Shown: one piece after another, positions 34,550 through 46,542 of the stretch | How positions within the stretch are numbered: the stretch's first letter is position 1 | Layout: the number at the start of each line of letters is the position of its first letter | Origin: Macrostomum lignano | Lineage: Eukaryota | Length of the DNA: 64,000 nt | Reading direction: 5' to 3' | Assembly: GCA_002269645.1 (NCBI GenBank) | Contig: NIVC01003179.1 | Location: 49,659-113,658, forward strand | Notes under the pieces: generated by a model | What the model was told of the DNA's origin: nothing | Databases searched by the model: none | What the model saw: the letters and a program-made list of their open reading frames with translations, nothing else | Program-made: the position numbers and the translations under genes

Positions 34550-37500
34550 TCCTATATACTAAAAATGGTCTGTCTGTGTCTATGTGATCGATTAGAGAAA
34601 AAATGGCTGGACCGATTTTGTTCGAACTTGCACTGTTCGATCAGAAATTTTCCCGTGACTGTACATGCATCGTGGCTAAGAAATTGCTCGATGCTAAAGG
34701 CATTAAATATTCGAAAAACATGCTTTTTTGCAAAGGTCAAGCAAACTTTTCGACTTGAAATGCATTGTAAGAATGCTAGAGAACAAACTGACTGGTTGAA
34801 TTCTGATTCTGAAATAGATTGCATCATAACTGAATTGTAACTCCGACTTGAATTGAAAATGCAGTGTGGAAGCGTAGCACCAGACTTGATTTAAATTGCG
34901 TAACCATATTGTTAACTGATACTGACTGACTGGATATTGATTATGTCATAACTGCTTCGTGTGATTTACTCTATGCTTGGATTTTAAAGTGTTGAATTAT
35001 ATAAGTGCAAAATTTGATGTTATCAAAACGATGAGAGCTAGCCTAGAGGTGAACAAACTGAACTGCTAAATGCAAAGACGATGGTTCGAATTTTCATAGA
35101 GTATAATTTTTTTAATTAAAGCTTTTCAACGTCAGGAAAACTAAGACTTTTTAAAAAGAAGCGTCATGTAAAAATCATAGAAGCGTCATGTAAACAATCA
35201 TAGAAGCGTCATGTAAACAATCATAGAAGTGTCATGTAAAAAATCATAGAAGCGTCATGTAAACAATCATAGAAGCGTCATGTAAAGAATCGTAGAAGCG
35301 TCATATAAAAATCATTGAAGCGTCATTTAAAAAATCATAGAAGCGTCATGTGAAAATCATAGAAGCGTCATGTAAAAAATCATAAAAGCGTCATGTAAAA
35401 AAATCATAGAAGCGTCATGTAAACAATCATAAAAGCGTCATGTAAACAATCATAGAAGCGTCATGTAAACAATCATAGAAGCGTCATGTAAACAATCATA
35501 GAAGCGTCATGTAAACAATCATAGAAGCGTCATGTAAACAATTATAGAAGCGTCATGTAAAAAATCATAGAAGCGTCATGTAAAAAAATCATAGAAGCGT
35601 CATGTAAAAATCATAAAAGCGTCATGTAAACAATCATAGAAGCGTCATGTAAACAATCATAGAAGTGTCATGTAAAAAATCATAGAAGCGTCATGTAAAC
35701 AATCATAGAAGCGTCATGTAAACAATCATAGAAGCGTCATGTAAACAATCATAGAAGCGTCATGTAAAAAATTGTAGAAGCGTCATGTAAACAATCATAA
35801 AAGCGTCATGTAAACAATCATAGAAGCGTCATGTAAAAAATCATAGAAGCGTCATGTAAAAAATCATAGAAGCGTCATGTAAAAAATCATAAAAGCGTCA
35901 TGTAAACAATCATAGAAGCGTCATGTAAACAATCATAGAAGCGTCATGTAAACAATCATAGAAGCGTCATGTAAAAAAATTGTAGAAGCGTCATGTAAAC
36001 AATCATAAAGCGTCATGTAAACAATCATAGAAGCGTCATGTAAACAATCGTAGAAGCGTCATGTAAACAATCATAGAAGCGCCATGTAAAAAATCGTAGA
36101 AGCGTCATATAAAAATCATAGAAGCGTCATGCAAAAAATCATAGAAGCGTCATGTTAACAATCATTCAAGTGTCATGTAAAAAATTGTAGAAGCGTCATT
36201 TAAAAATTATAGAAGCGTCATGTAAACAATCATAGAAGCGTCATGTAAAAAATCATAGAAGCGTCATTTAAAATCATAGAAGCGTCATGTAAACAATCAT
36301 AGAAGCGTCATGTAAACAATCATAGAAGCGTCATGTAAACAATCATAGAAGGTCATGTAAAAAATCATAGAAGCGTCATTTAAAAATCATAGAAGCGTCA
36401 TGTAAACAATCATAGAAGCGTCATGTAAAAAATCATAGAAGCGTCATGTAAAAAATCATAGAAGTGTCATGTAAAAATCATAGAAGCGTCGTGAAAAAAT
36501 CATAGAAGCCTCATTTAAAAACTAATGAAAGTGTCATTTAAAAAATTAAGAAGCATCATGGTAGAATAAAAGAAGCGTCATGTCAGACATGAAGGGTGTC
36601 ATGTAAAAATTAAATGCAGCTATAATGCTGTGCTGGGGAGAAAAAACTGAGACATAAAGGCTCTCAGAGAATAACTGAGATTACGGGGGGGGTTTCTGAG
36701 ATGTCAAAGTAAAAGTCAGAAGCTACTTCAAAGTTCATGTACTTTACTCATTTTTTATTGCATTCTTTGTTGGCTCGCCACGGGGGCGCTGATAGAAGAA
36801 GAGTCATGTAAAAAATAAAAGTAGCACTACGTATACATAAAAGAAAAGTCATGTTCAAGTTAAAAGATTAATTTGGGAATTGCTACGATGTCAAAGCTTG
36901 GTGGAAATCGTTATAGTGCTTGATTCTTAAAGAAGGAATCACTAAAATGTCAAGGCTTAGGGGAGAAGAATTGCTGAGATTTCAAGGCTTTAGGTTGGGT
37001 TAAAGTTAGGTTTAGGTCAGGTGTGGGTTGAGGGTTATATTTTATCAGGTTTCAAGGTTAACAGAATAACAGGGGATTTTTTAGATTTCAAGGTTTATGG
37101 GGGCCATCGCTGACATGTTAAGGCTTACGGGGGGAATAGCTGAGATGTCAAGGCTCACGGGGTATAAATGAGATTTCAAGGCTAAAGTCAGAAGCTACAT
37201 GTAGTTTATTGAAAACTTTTTATTACATTATTTGATGCCTCCTCAGGGGAGGGATCGCTGATAAAAAAACGTAATGTAAAAAATAAAAGAAGCTTCATGT
37301 CGAAGTTAAGATATTCATTTGGGAATCCCTACGATGTCGAGGCTTGCAGGGAATCGCTATAATGCTGTAGTAGTGCTATTATGACTCTTAGAGAGAATTA
37401 CTGAAATTTCAATGCTTTAGGGTTAGGTTAGGGTTAGGGTTAGGGTTAGGGTTAGGGTTCGGCTAGGGTTAGAGTTAGAAGGTTGACAGATATTTTTAGA

Positions 37501-37705
37501 TTTCCAAGGCTTATTGGGGGCATTGCTGAGATGTCAAGGGGGGAAGTTGATATGTTAAAGCTTGTGGGGGGGAATTATTGACATGTCAAGGCTTACAAGG
37601 TTTGACAGGAGATTTTTTAAGATTTCAAGGATATATATGATAGCTTATTAAAAAAAACGTGTATTGCATTTCTTTGGCTCCCCAACGGGGGGCGTAGATT
37701 GCTAG
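34550..37705 (+). mobile_element. Non-autonomous Helitron B (same subfamily as A)
   Basis: Starts TCCTATATACT directly after the CTAG of A and ends with the same hairpin plus CTAG. Satellite at ~35155-36590. Confidence 0.88.
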
Positions 37706-40700
37706 TCCTATATACTAAAAATGAGTTGTCTGTGGGTAGGTATGCGATAGATTTCAGAAAAATTGGCTCAACCGATTTTCTTCAAACTTGCACCATTCGA
37801 TCAGAAATTTTCCTGGGACGGTACATGCATCTTGGCTAAGAAATTGCTCAATATTAAAGGGATTAAATATTCGAAAAACATGCTTTTTTGCAAAGGTCAA
37901 GCAAAATTTTCGACTTGAAATGCATTGTAAGAATGCTAGAGAAAAACCTGACTGACTGAATTTCAATTCTGATAAAGATTGCATCACAACAAGTTGAAAA
38001 CAGTCTCAAAGAAATGCACACACAACTTGATTTAAATTGCGTAACAAATATTGCTAACTTGAACTGAGACTGATACTGGCTGACTGAGAAATTGATTATG
38101 TCCTAACTTTTTACTCCAATTGACTTGCTGTAAGAATTGAATTATAAGGGCCACAATTCATGTACTCCAATTGAAAAGAGATAGCCTAGATACGAACAGA
38201 CTGGACTGCCAACGTAGCGACCTGAGTTCAAATTTTAGTAGTGCAAAATAATTTTTTTATTAAAACACCTTGAAAACACAAAACTGGTAAACATAAAAAA
38301 GCACAATGTCAAACATAAAAGAGGCACCATGTCAAACATTACATGGGCACCATGTAAAACATATACGTGGCTCTATGTCAAACATTAAAGAGCCACCATG
38401 TAAAACATAAAAGAGTCACCATTTCGAACATTAAAGAGCCACCACGTCGAACATTAAAGTGCCACCATGTCAAACGTAAAAGAGCCACCATTAAGAACAT
38501 TAAAGAGCCACCATGCCAAACATAAAAGAGCCACCATGTAAAATATTAAAGAGCCAATATTTCGAACATTAAAGAGCCACCATGTCAAATATTAAAGAGC
38601 CACCATGTAGAATATTAAAGAGCCACTATGTCAAACATTTAAGAGCCACTATGTCGAACGTAAAAGTGACTTTATGTCAAACATATCAGTGACTTTATGT
38701 CAAACATATAGGTGTTTTTATGTCAAACATAAAAGAGCCACCATGTAAAACATTAAAGAGCCACCATGTCAAACATTAAAGAGCCACCATGTCAAACATA
38801 AATGAGCCACCATGTCAAACATAAAAGAGGCACCATGTTAACATAAAAGAGCCACCATGTCAAACATAAGAGAGCCACCATGTCAAGCATAAAATATACA
38901 CAATTTCAAACGTAAAAGTATTGCTAGCCAATGCCAATTTTAAGTCATGCCAATTTTAAAGGAGCCACTATAAAGCTAAGGAAATTTTCGCACTAGCTAC
39001 TTATTGTCTGGTGGATGCTTGCTATTTGGGGATACTTGCTATCTGGGGGGTGCTTGCTATCTGGGGGATGCTTGCTATCTGAGGGTGCTTGCTATCTGGG
39101 GGATGCTTGCTATCTGGGGGGTGCTTGCTATCTGGGGGATGCTTGCTATCTGGGTGATGCTTGCTGTCTTTGGATGATTTCTTTTTGCATTGCACTTTAT
39201 TTGAGCAGTTTGTCGGTTTTCTTTGTATAGGTTTTTTTGTATGTCGAATATTAAACAGCCACCATGTCAAACATAAAAGAGCCACCATGTCAAACATATA
39301 CGTGACTACATGTCAAACATAAAAGAGACACCATGTCAAACCTAAAAGAGCCACCATGTCGAACATAACAGAGACAACATTTCAAACGTAAAAGGGCCGC
39401 CATGGCAAACATTAAAGAGCCACCATGTCAAACATTAAAGGGCCACCATGTCGAACATTAAAAAGCCAACATGTCAAACATAAAAGAGCCACCATGTCAA
39501 ACCTAAAAAAGCCACCATGTCAAACATAGAAGAGCCACCATGTCAAACATAAAAGAGCCACCATGTCAAACATAAAAGAGCCAGCATGTCAAACATAGAA
39601 GAGCCACTATGTCAAACATAAAAGAGCCACTGTTTCAAACCTAAAAGAGCCACCATTTCGAACTTTAAAAAGCCACCATGTTAAACATTAAAGAGCCACC
39701 TTGTCAAATATTAAAGAGCCACCATTTCAAACCTAAAAGAGCCACCATGTCGAACATTTAAGGGCCACCATGTCGAACATTAAAAAGCCAACATGTCAAA
39801 CATAAAAGAGCCACAATGTCAAACCTAAAAAAGCCACCATGTCAAACATAGAAGAGCCACCATGTCAAACATAAAAGAGCCACCATGTCAAACATAGAAG
39901 AGCCACTATGTCAAACATAAAAGAGCCACCATGTCAAACATTCAAGATATACAATTTCAAATGTAAAGGTATAAAGCGCCATGCCAATTTAAAGGAGCCA
40001 CTATTAAGCTAAGTAAATTGTCGCTCTAGCTACTTATTGTCTGGTGGATGGTTGCTATTTGGGGATGCTATCTATCTGGGGGATGCTTGCTATTTGGAGG
40101 ATGCTTGCTTTCTGGGGGATGCTTGCTATCTGGGCGATGCTTGCAATTTGGGGGATGCTTGCTATCTGAGGGATGCTTGCTATCTGGGCGATGCTTGCAA
40201 TTTGGGGGATGCTTGCTATCTGAGGGATGCTTGCTATCTGGTGGATGCTTGCTATCTGAGGGATGCTTGCTATCTGGTGGATGCTTGCTATCTGGGGGAT
40301 GCTTGCTATCTGAGGGATGCTTGCTATCTGAGGGATGCTTGCTATTTGGGGTATGCTTGCTATCTGAGGGATGCTTGCTATCTGGTGGATGCTTGCTATC
40401 TGGGGGATGTTTGCTATCTGGGGGATGCTTGCTATCTGGGGGATGCTTGCTATCTGGGGGATGCTTGCTATTTGGTGGATGCTTGCTATCTGAGTGATGC
40501 TTGCTATCTGGGGAATGCTTATCTGGGGAATGCTTGCTATCTGGGGAATGCTTGCTATTTGGGCGATGCTTGCTATCTGGGGGATGTTTGCTATCTGGGG
40601 GATGCTTGCTATCTGGAGGATGTTTGCTATCTGGGGGATGCTTGCTATCTGGGGGATGCTTGCTATCTGAGGGATGCTTGCTATCTGGTGGATGCTTGCT

Positions 40701-41134
40701 ATCTGAGTGATGCTTGCTATCTGGGGAATGCTTGCTATCTGGGGAATGCTTGCTATCTGAGGGATGCTTGCTATCTGGAGGATGTTTGCTATCTGGGGGA
40801 TGCTTGCTATCTGGGGGATGCTTGCTATCTGGGGGGTGCTTGCTATCTGGGGGATGCTTGCTATCTGAGGGATGCTTGCTATCTGGGGGATGCTTGCTAT
40901 CTGGGGGATGCTTGCTATCTGGAGGATGCTTGCTATCTGGGAGATGCTTGCTATCTGGGGGATGCTTGCTATCTGGGGGATGCTTGTGGTCTTGGGAAGA
41001 TTTCTTATTGCAATTCACTTCATTTGAGCAGTTTGTCTGTTGTCTTTGTGAAGGATTTTTGGCTGTCTTTTTGTTACTTGTAGAGAACAGAGATTCTATC
41101 CAGATGTCCCCCATCGGGGGGCGAAGATTGCTAG
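37706..41134 (+). mobile_element. Non-autonomous Helitron C (23-bp and 18-bp satellites)
   Basis: Starts TCCTATATACTAAAAATGAGTTG directly after the CTAG of B and ends CCCCCATCGGGGGGCGAAGATTGCTAG|T. Carries (AAACATAAAAGAGCCACCATGTC)n and (TGCTTGCTATCTGGGGGA)n arrays. Confidence 0.88.
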
Positions 41135-41258
41135 TAAAAACTAATATTATAAAGTTCCTCTTATCATTAAAATGACTATACTTCAAAATGAAATATGTCT
41201 ATCACAAAAGCAACTTGTTACCAAAACAACCATTTGTCACAAAAATGTCTATGCTTGG

Positions 41259-41412
41259 GCATAACCTTGGGATTCACCTGGCCATTTCTATTGGCAATAC
41301 ATACATAAGTCGCTATTGGATAGAATAGTAGTCACATGACTGCTCTTAGCCAATAGAAACTTACATGTGTGTGTTGCTAATAGAAACTGCCAGGTGATTC
41401 CCAAGGTTGTGC
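41259..41412. mobile_element. Short palindromic MITE-like element, copy 2
   Basis: CATAACCTTGGGATTCACCTGGC...GCCAGGTGATTCCCAAGGTTGTG inverted arms. Homologous to 16812-16970. Confidence 0.7.
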
Positions 41413-43246
41413 ATGTATGAAAATGTCTATCACTGAAATGACTTGTTACCAAAATGACTGGTACCTATTTATTTAGTGTTAGTCAAAAGTGTGCAGTATA
41501 AGTACATGTACATTGTAGTGCATAACATTATAGACAATTATTGAATAAATGAACAAGGGGGAGGGTAAAGAGACTCAGATCAAAAGCAAGATAGACAAAA
41601 GCCAAAGGAGAGAAAGAAAAAAAGAGAAAGAGAGAGAGAGAAAGAAAGAAAAAGAAAGGAGAAAAATAAAAAAAGAGACTGAGGAAAGAAAACCAACATT
41701 TGTTAGAATTAGTTAAAAATAATTTAAACTTGTACTTATACTAAATATGTCTTCTTCTTGAATTATTATTAAATACATTGCCTTATATTAGCCAAACACT
41801 AAATGTGCTTTTTGTCTAAGGCTAAGCCAAACTTTATTACTACTATTGCTACTACTAGTACCTTCAATTTATTGTCGGAATTTTCAATAAGTACAAAATA
41901 TTTTATAGATTTTAGATTTTATAGATATAATAGTAGAAACCACTTAAACCTTGGCTTTGCCTTGGAATTAATTAACAATCAATAATATATAACCATAATA
42001 TGTAGCCATGTAGATATAGGCCTAAGCTAGTTATCCTGTAATGTAATGATATAGTCTAGGGCTAGGCTTATATGAGTCATGTAAATATATATTCAAATGA
42101 TCATAAACCAAAGAAAATATTGGTATTAGAACCTTTTTAATGAGTAGAAAGACAATAGCCTCTATGGCTATGCTAGAGCCTAGCTTTTTTATTATTTTCA
42201 TTTTTATAGGCTCTAATATCTTAGCAAGCCATTGTATTGTAACTAACTATAAATTAGATAAATAGGCTATTGATTATTGCTAGAATATTATTAATTAGCT
42301 AGTTAAGTTAATTGTGATTTTGGTAAGCAATCATTTTATTGGCCACCTTTTTGGTTTTTGTTTACTAGAAAATAAAAGGACTTTTTGAGAATATGATAAT
42401 AATAATAATAATAATTTCATAATAAGATATTGTAAGACGTAAAAAATTATAATGAGATATCTTTTTTGTTTGTGTAATTTTTTATCACAATATTTTAAAC
42501 AAATGTAATAATCTATTATATAATATTTAATCATCCAATAAGAAAAAAGCAAAGAAAAAAATAATTTAAACTATCTTCTAAGTAATATATTTCTGTGTGC
42601 ACTTAACACTTACCATTAGGATATATATATATTCTGTTAACCCTCAAATGATATTTTGGGGTCCAATGGACCTTTTAATAATTTTTCCATACACTTTTAT
42701 GGAGAATTTCTATTATTCTGGCCAAACCTTTTGAGGATTCAAAATTGTCCCATATTAGGCACCCAATGAGTCTGGTAAAAGCTTCTAAAAAATCTAAGAA
42801 TCAGAAGTAATTTCTTGTACCTACAGGCTAAGCCTAGTTCTATCTTGCTCATATTATTGCCTCTTTGACCCAAAAAATGTAAAAATCTAGACTTTATTAG
42901 ATGTAAGATAGGATCCCAAAATCCCAATCCCAAGATCCTAGAGAAAATTGATCTGATTTCTATCTATACTTATACATTAAATAAGGATCCTTATCTCCTA
43001 TTTCTATAATCACAAAATGTCTGTGTGAATTTAAAGGCCTATATGTTTGCTAGTTATAATGCTTTAGTTAGTATTTATAAGGATTTTTATTCGATACTCT
43101 ACTAATAGTAGAAATAACATGAAAATATATTCTAAAATATCTAATGTCCTACTAGTGAAAATCAGGAATAAGATATACTCATACGCGTATAAGATAATGT
43201 AGGATTTTGAGCTAACAGAAACAGATCAAGCATTGCACTGTGATGA

Positions 43247-43894
43247 ATGACTGCAGCTTGCACTATGGACCGAGATGCTGCCGAGGCTCGCGAATGGTTC
43301 GACCTGATGGATATCGATGGCGACGGGTTGATCAGCGCCCAGGAGCTGCGCTGCGGCCTTCTCAGCCCGGCCTGCAAGCCATTCACCCAGCCCACCTGTC
43401 GCCTGCTGGTTCGCATCTTCGACACGCACGCTCGAAATGGCCAATTAGAATTTGGCGAGTTTCTTGAGCTGCGCTCATTCCTGCACGAATGGTCCATGAC
43501 GTTTCTTGACCAAGACCACGATCAGTCTGGCAGCATTGACCAGTTCGAGTTGATTGTAGCGCTCAGCACTATCTACAAGCATCAGTTTGATCCGCAGTTC
43601 ATCTCTCGCCTAATTGCCTTATTGAAGTCGCGCTTATCCCGCTCTGTGCATCGAATGTCGCTCAGTCTTGATGCCTTCCTAGCGCTGAACGCCTGTCTGT
43701 CTCGCTTGGCGCGGCTGTACAAGACTGGCGGGCATCGGTACACGGCGCCATCTCTTGAAGATTATCTGCTGCGCGAGCTGCCCAGAATGCTGGACGGTGA
43801 AGGCGAGTTCTTAGCCGCTGCTGATAATGCAAACAATGCGGATGGAGCTCAGCCTCGTGCCCCAGCCGCCTCTTCTGTAGAACTGTCTAGCTGA
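43247..43894 (+). CDS. Penta-EF-hand (ALG-2/peflin/sorcin family) Ca2+-binding protein, paralog 1, intronless
   Basis: EF loops DIDGDGLISAQE and DHDQSGSIDQFE. The PEF-type linker FTQPTCRLLVRIFD and LSLDAFL match the family pattern. Confidence 0.85.
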   Translation: MTAACTMDRDAAEAREWFDLMDIDGDGLISAQELRCGLLSPACKPFTQPTCRLLVRIFDTHARNGQLEFGEFLELRSFLHEWSMTFLDQDHDQSGSIDQFELIVALSTIYKHQFDPQFISRLIALLKSRLSRSVHRMSLSLDAFLALNACLSRLARLYKTGGHRYTAPSLEDYLLRELPRMLDGEGEFLAAADNANNADGAQPRAPAASSVELSS

Positions 43895-43926
43895 GCTGAT
43901 CATGCGGTTTCCAAGGCCGGCTCAAG

Positions 43927-45057
43927 CAGTGGCTAGAGGGGGGGGGGGTGTCATGACCCTCGCCAGACAGTCGACCATTTAAGTTTTAAAGCTTTTTCTT
44001 TACAATAGTCAAAAATGGGTGATAGAAGCATGACTTTAATAGCTAAAAATATTGCTTTCCAGCGCTGAATTGGCGCTGAAATCTTGCCTGTCGGCGCTGA
44101 ATTGGCGCTAAAATCTTGTCTGTCGGCGCTGAATTGGCGCTAAAATCTTGTCTGCCGCCACTAAAATCTAGCCTGTCGGCGCTAAATTGGCGCTGAAATC
44201 TTGCCTGTCGGCGCTGAATTGGCGCTGAAATCTTGCATGTCGGCGCTAAATTGGCGCCAAAATCTTGTCTGTCGGCGCTGAATTGGCGCTAAAATCTTGT
44301 CTGCCGCCGCTAAAATCTTGTCTGCTGCTGCTAAAATCTAGCCTGTCGGCGCTAAATTGGCGCTAAAATCTTGTATGCCGCCGCTATAATCTTGTCTGCC
44401 GCCACTAAAATCTTGTCTGCTGCTGCTAAAACTAGCCTTTTGGCGCTAAATTGGCGCTGAAATCTTGTTTGTCGGCGCTGAATTGGCCGCTGCTAAAATC
44501 TTGTCTGCCGCTGCTAAAATATTGTCTGCCGCCGCTAAAGTCTTGTCTGCCGCTGCTAAAGTCTTGTCTGCCGCTGCTAAAATCTTGTCTGCCGCTGCTA
44601 AAATCTTGTCTGCCGCCGCTAAAATCTTGTCTGCCGCTGCTAAAATCTTGTCTGCCGCTGCTAAAATCTAGCCTGTCGGCGCTAAATTGACACTAAAATA
44701 TTTAATTCGGTGACTGGTAACTAAGATTGTTGTCCCCCGGAAAAAAACATTTTCCGCGGCGCCTGTTTATCCTACATTACAATATGGGTCGGAAATTAAC
44801 TCCCTGCCCGCGGGCCACAAAGCTTTTGTATCCGGCTCTCGTGTCCTTTTAGCCTCTTCTCAGCTCCCTTCTCTCTCATTTGATTTCCTCTTTTTCTCTC
44901 GTCTCCTTTCCTCTCCTCTCTCCCCTCCTGGCCCGCAGTCATGTGCTAGGTTCTCCTATCCGGCCCTCGCCGACCCCTGCCTTACAATGTCACTGTCTAT
45001 GGGTGGCTCTGGCTCGTGACTCGCCCCCTCTAGATTAAAATCCTGACTGCGCCACTG
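43927..45057. mobile_element. Possible hAT-like non-autonomous element carrying a 21-bp satellite
   Basis: Termini CAGTGGC and GCCACTG with further imperfect inverted similarity (TAGAGGGGG / CCCCCTCTA). No convincing 8-bp TSD. Confidence 0.4.
44050..44700. repeat. 21-bp minisatellite (CTGCTAAAATCTTGTCTGCCG)n with GCTGAATTGGC variants
   Basis: Directly visible; produces the spurious AAKILSA ORFs. Confidence 0.95.
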
Positions 45058-45859
45058 GGCAAAGAGCAAAAAGACAGTTTTTGAAGGCTAGTTTTACGCG
45101 ATAAAGCTTTTACTTTTTTCACCATCCGTCTATTCAACTGTTTAAAGCGTAACACAGGTTTCTTTTGTTACGGAAATATGTGCGCAAAACCAATACAAAA
45201 TTCAATCTGCGTATAAAGACTGCGTATTTTTTGCTTGAAGCCGGCCTTCAAATTTTTCTTCTTAGAAATGCAGTGCCCCATCTCTCTTAGTTTTCACTGG
45301 CAGATTGCGGTCGCTAACAGCTATTGGACTTAGAGTCAAGGACCAGTAAAATTAAATTTATTTTTATAATCCCCACTAAATCAGAGGAGCAGATAGATGA
45401 ACTCCTAGACGAATAAATGTCTTTCAGGACTTTCACACTGAATGATTTTTCTACTCACTATTTGAATCTCTAATAAATTCTTTGGAACATTCCTAGACGC
45501 GATTTTTTCCACTTTTTCACGTTTTTATTATGGCTGAATGCACAGTTCTTGAATTCGCTGCTGTTTCAATAAATTCACTTTAATTCCAGTTAAGTACAAG
45601 GCAAGGAAGTGTCTCTTGTTTTTTATTTACATTTACGAGTATCGTGTTTAGTTTAGTTCTGTTTAGTATAGGTACCCATCTTTCTAATACTAGCAATAGA
45701 AAATTACTTGCTTACTCCAATTTTCAATTACAAAACAAGTAGAGTTAAGAGGTAAACAGAGTCAAGGCTCACGAGGGGGAATAGCTGATATGTTAAGGCT
45801 TGTGATTTGTTACAATCATTTGAATTATTTTAATCTTTAAATAAAATCAATCAATGAAA

Positions 45860-46490
45860 CATCAGAATGGATGAGATTTTTAACCATCAGGATGATATTT
45901 TGAAACATAAGAAACAGATTTTAAAACACCAGGATATGAGATTTGGAAACATCAAGATGGGATTTTGAAACATCAGGATGAGATGAGATTTTGAAACATC
46001 AGGATGAGATTTTGAAAACATCAAGATGAGATTTGGAAACTTTAGAATGAGATTTGAAAACATCAGTATGAGATTTGGAAACATCAGGATGAGATTGTAA
46101 ACATCAGGGTGAGATTTTGAAACATCAGGGTGAGATTTGGAAACATCACATTGAGATTTGGAAACTTTAGGATGAGATTTGGAAGCATCACATTGAGATT
46201 TGAAAACTTTAGGATGATATTTGGAAACATCACATTGAGATTTGGAAACATCACATTGAGATTTGGAAACATCACATTGAGATTTGGAAACATCACATTG
46301 AGATTTGGAAACATCACATTGAGATTTGAAAACATCACATTAAGATTTGGAAACTTTAGGATGAGATTTGGAAACTTTAGGATGAGATTTGGAAACTTTA
46401 GGATGAGATTTAGAAACATCAGGATGAGATTTGGAAACTTTAGAATGAGATTTAGAAACATCAGGATGAGATTTGGAACATCGGAACATT
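45860..46490. repeat. 21-bp minisatellite (ATGAGATTTGGAAACATCAGG-like)n
   Basis: Directly visible; ends just upstream of the PEF2 acceptor. Confidence 0.95.
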
Positions 46491-46542
46491 TAAAAAGATT
46501 GAGAAGAATCGGCATTCCCTTGTAAATATTTCCCTCCCGCAG

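Noticed and set aside
40037-41186. 348-372 aa ORFs (LGDACY / DSKHPP repeats) and similar ORFs at 26.7-28.5 kb
   Set aside because: 18-bp satellite artefacts.
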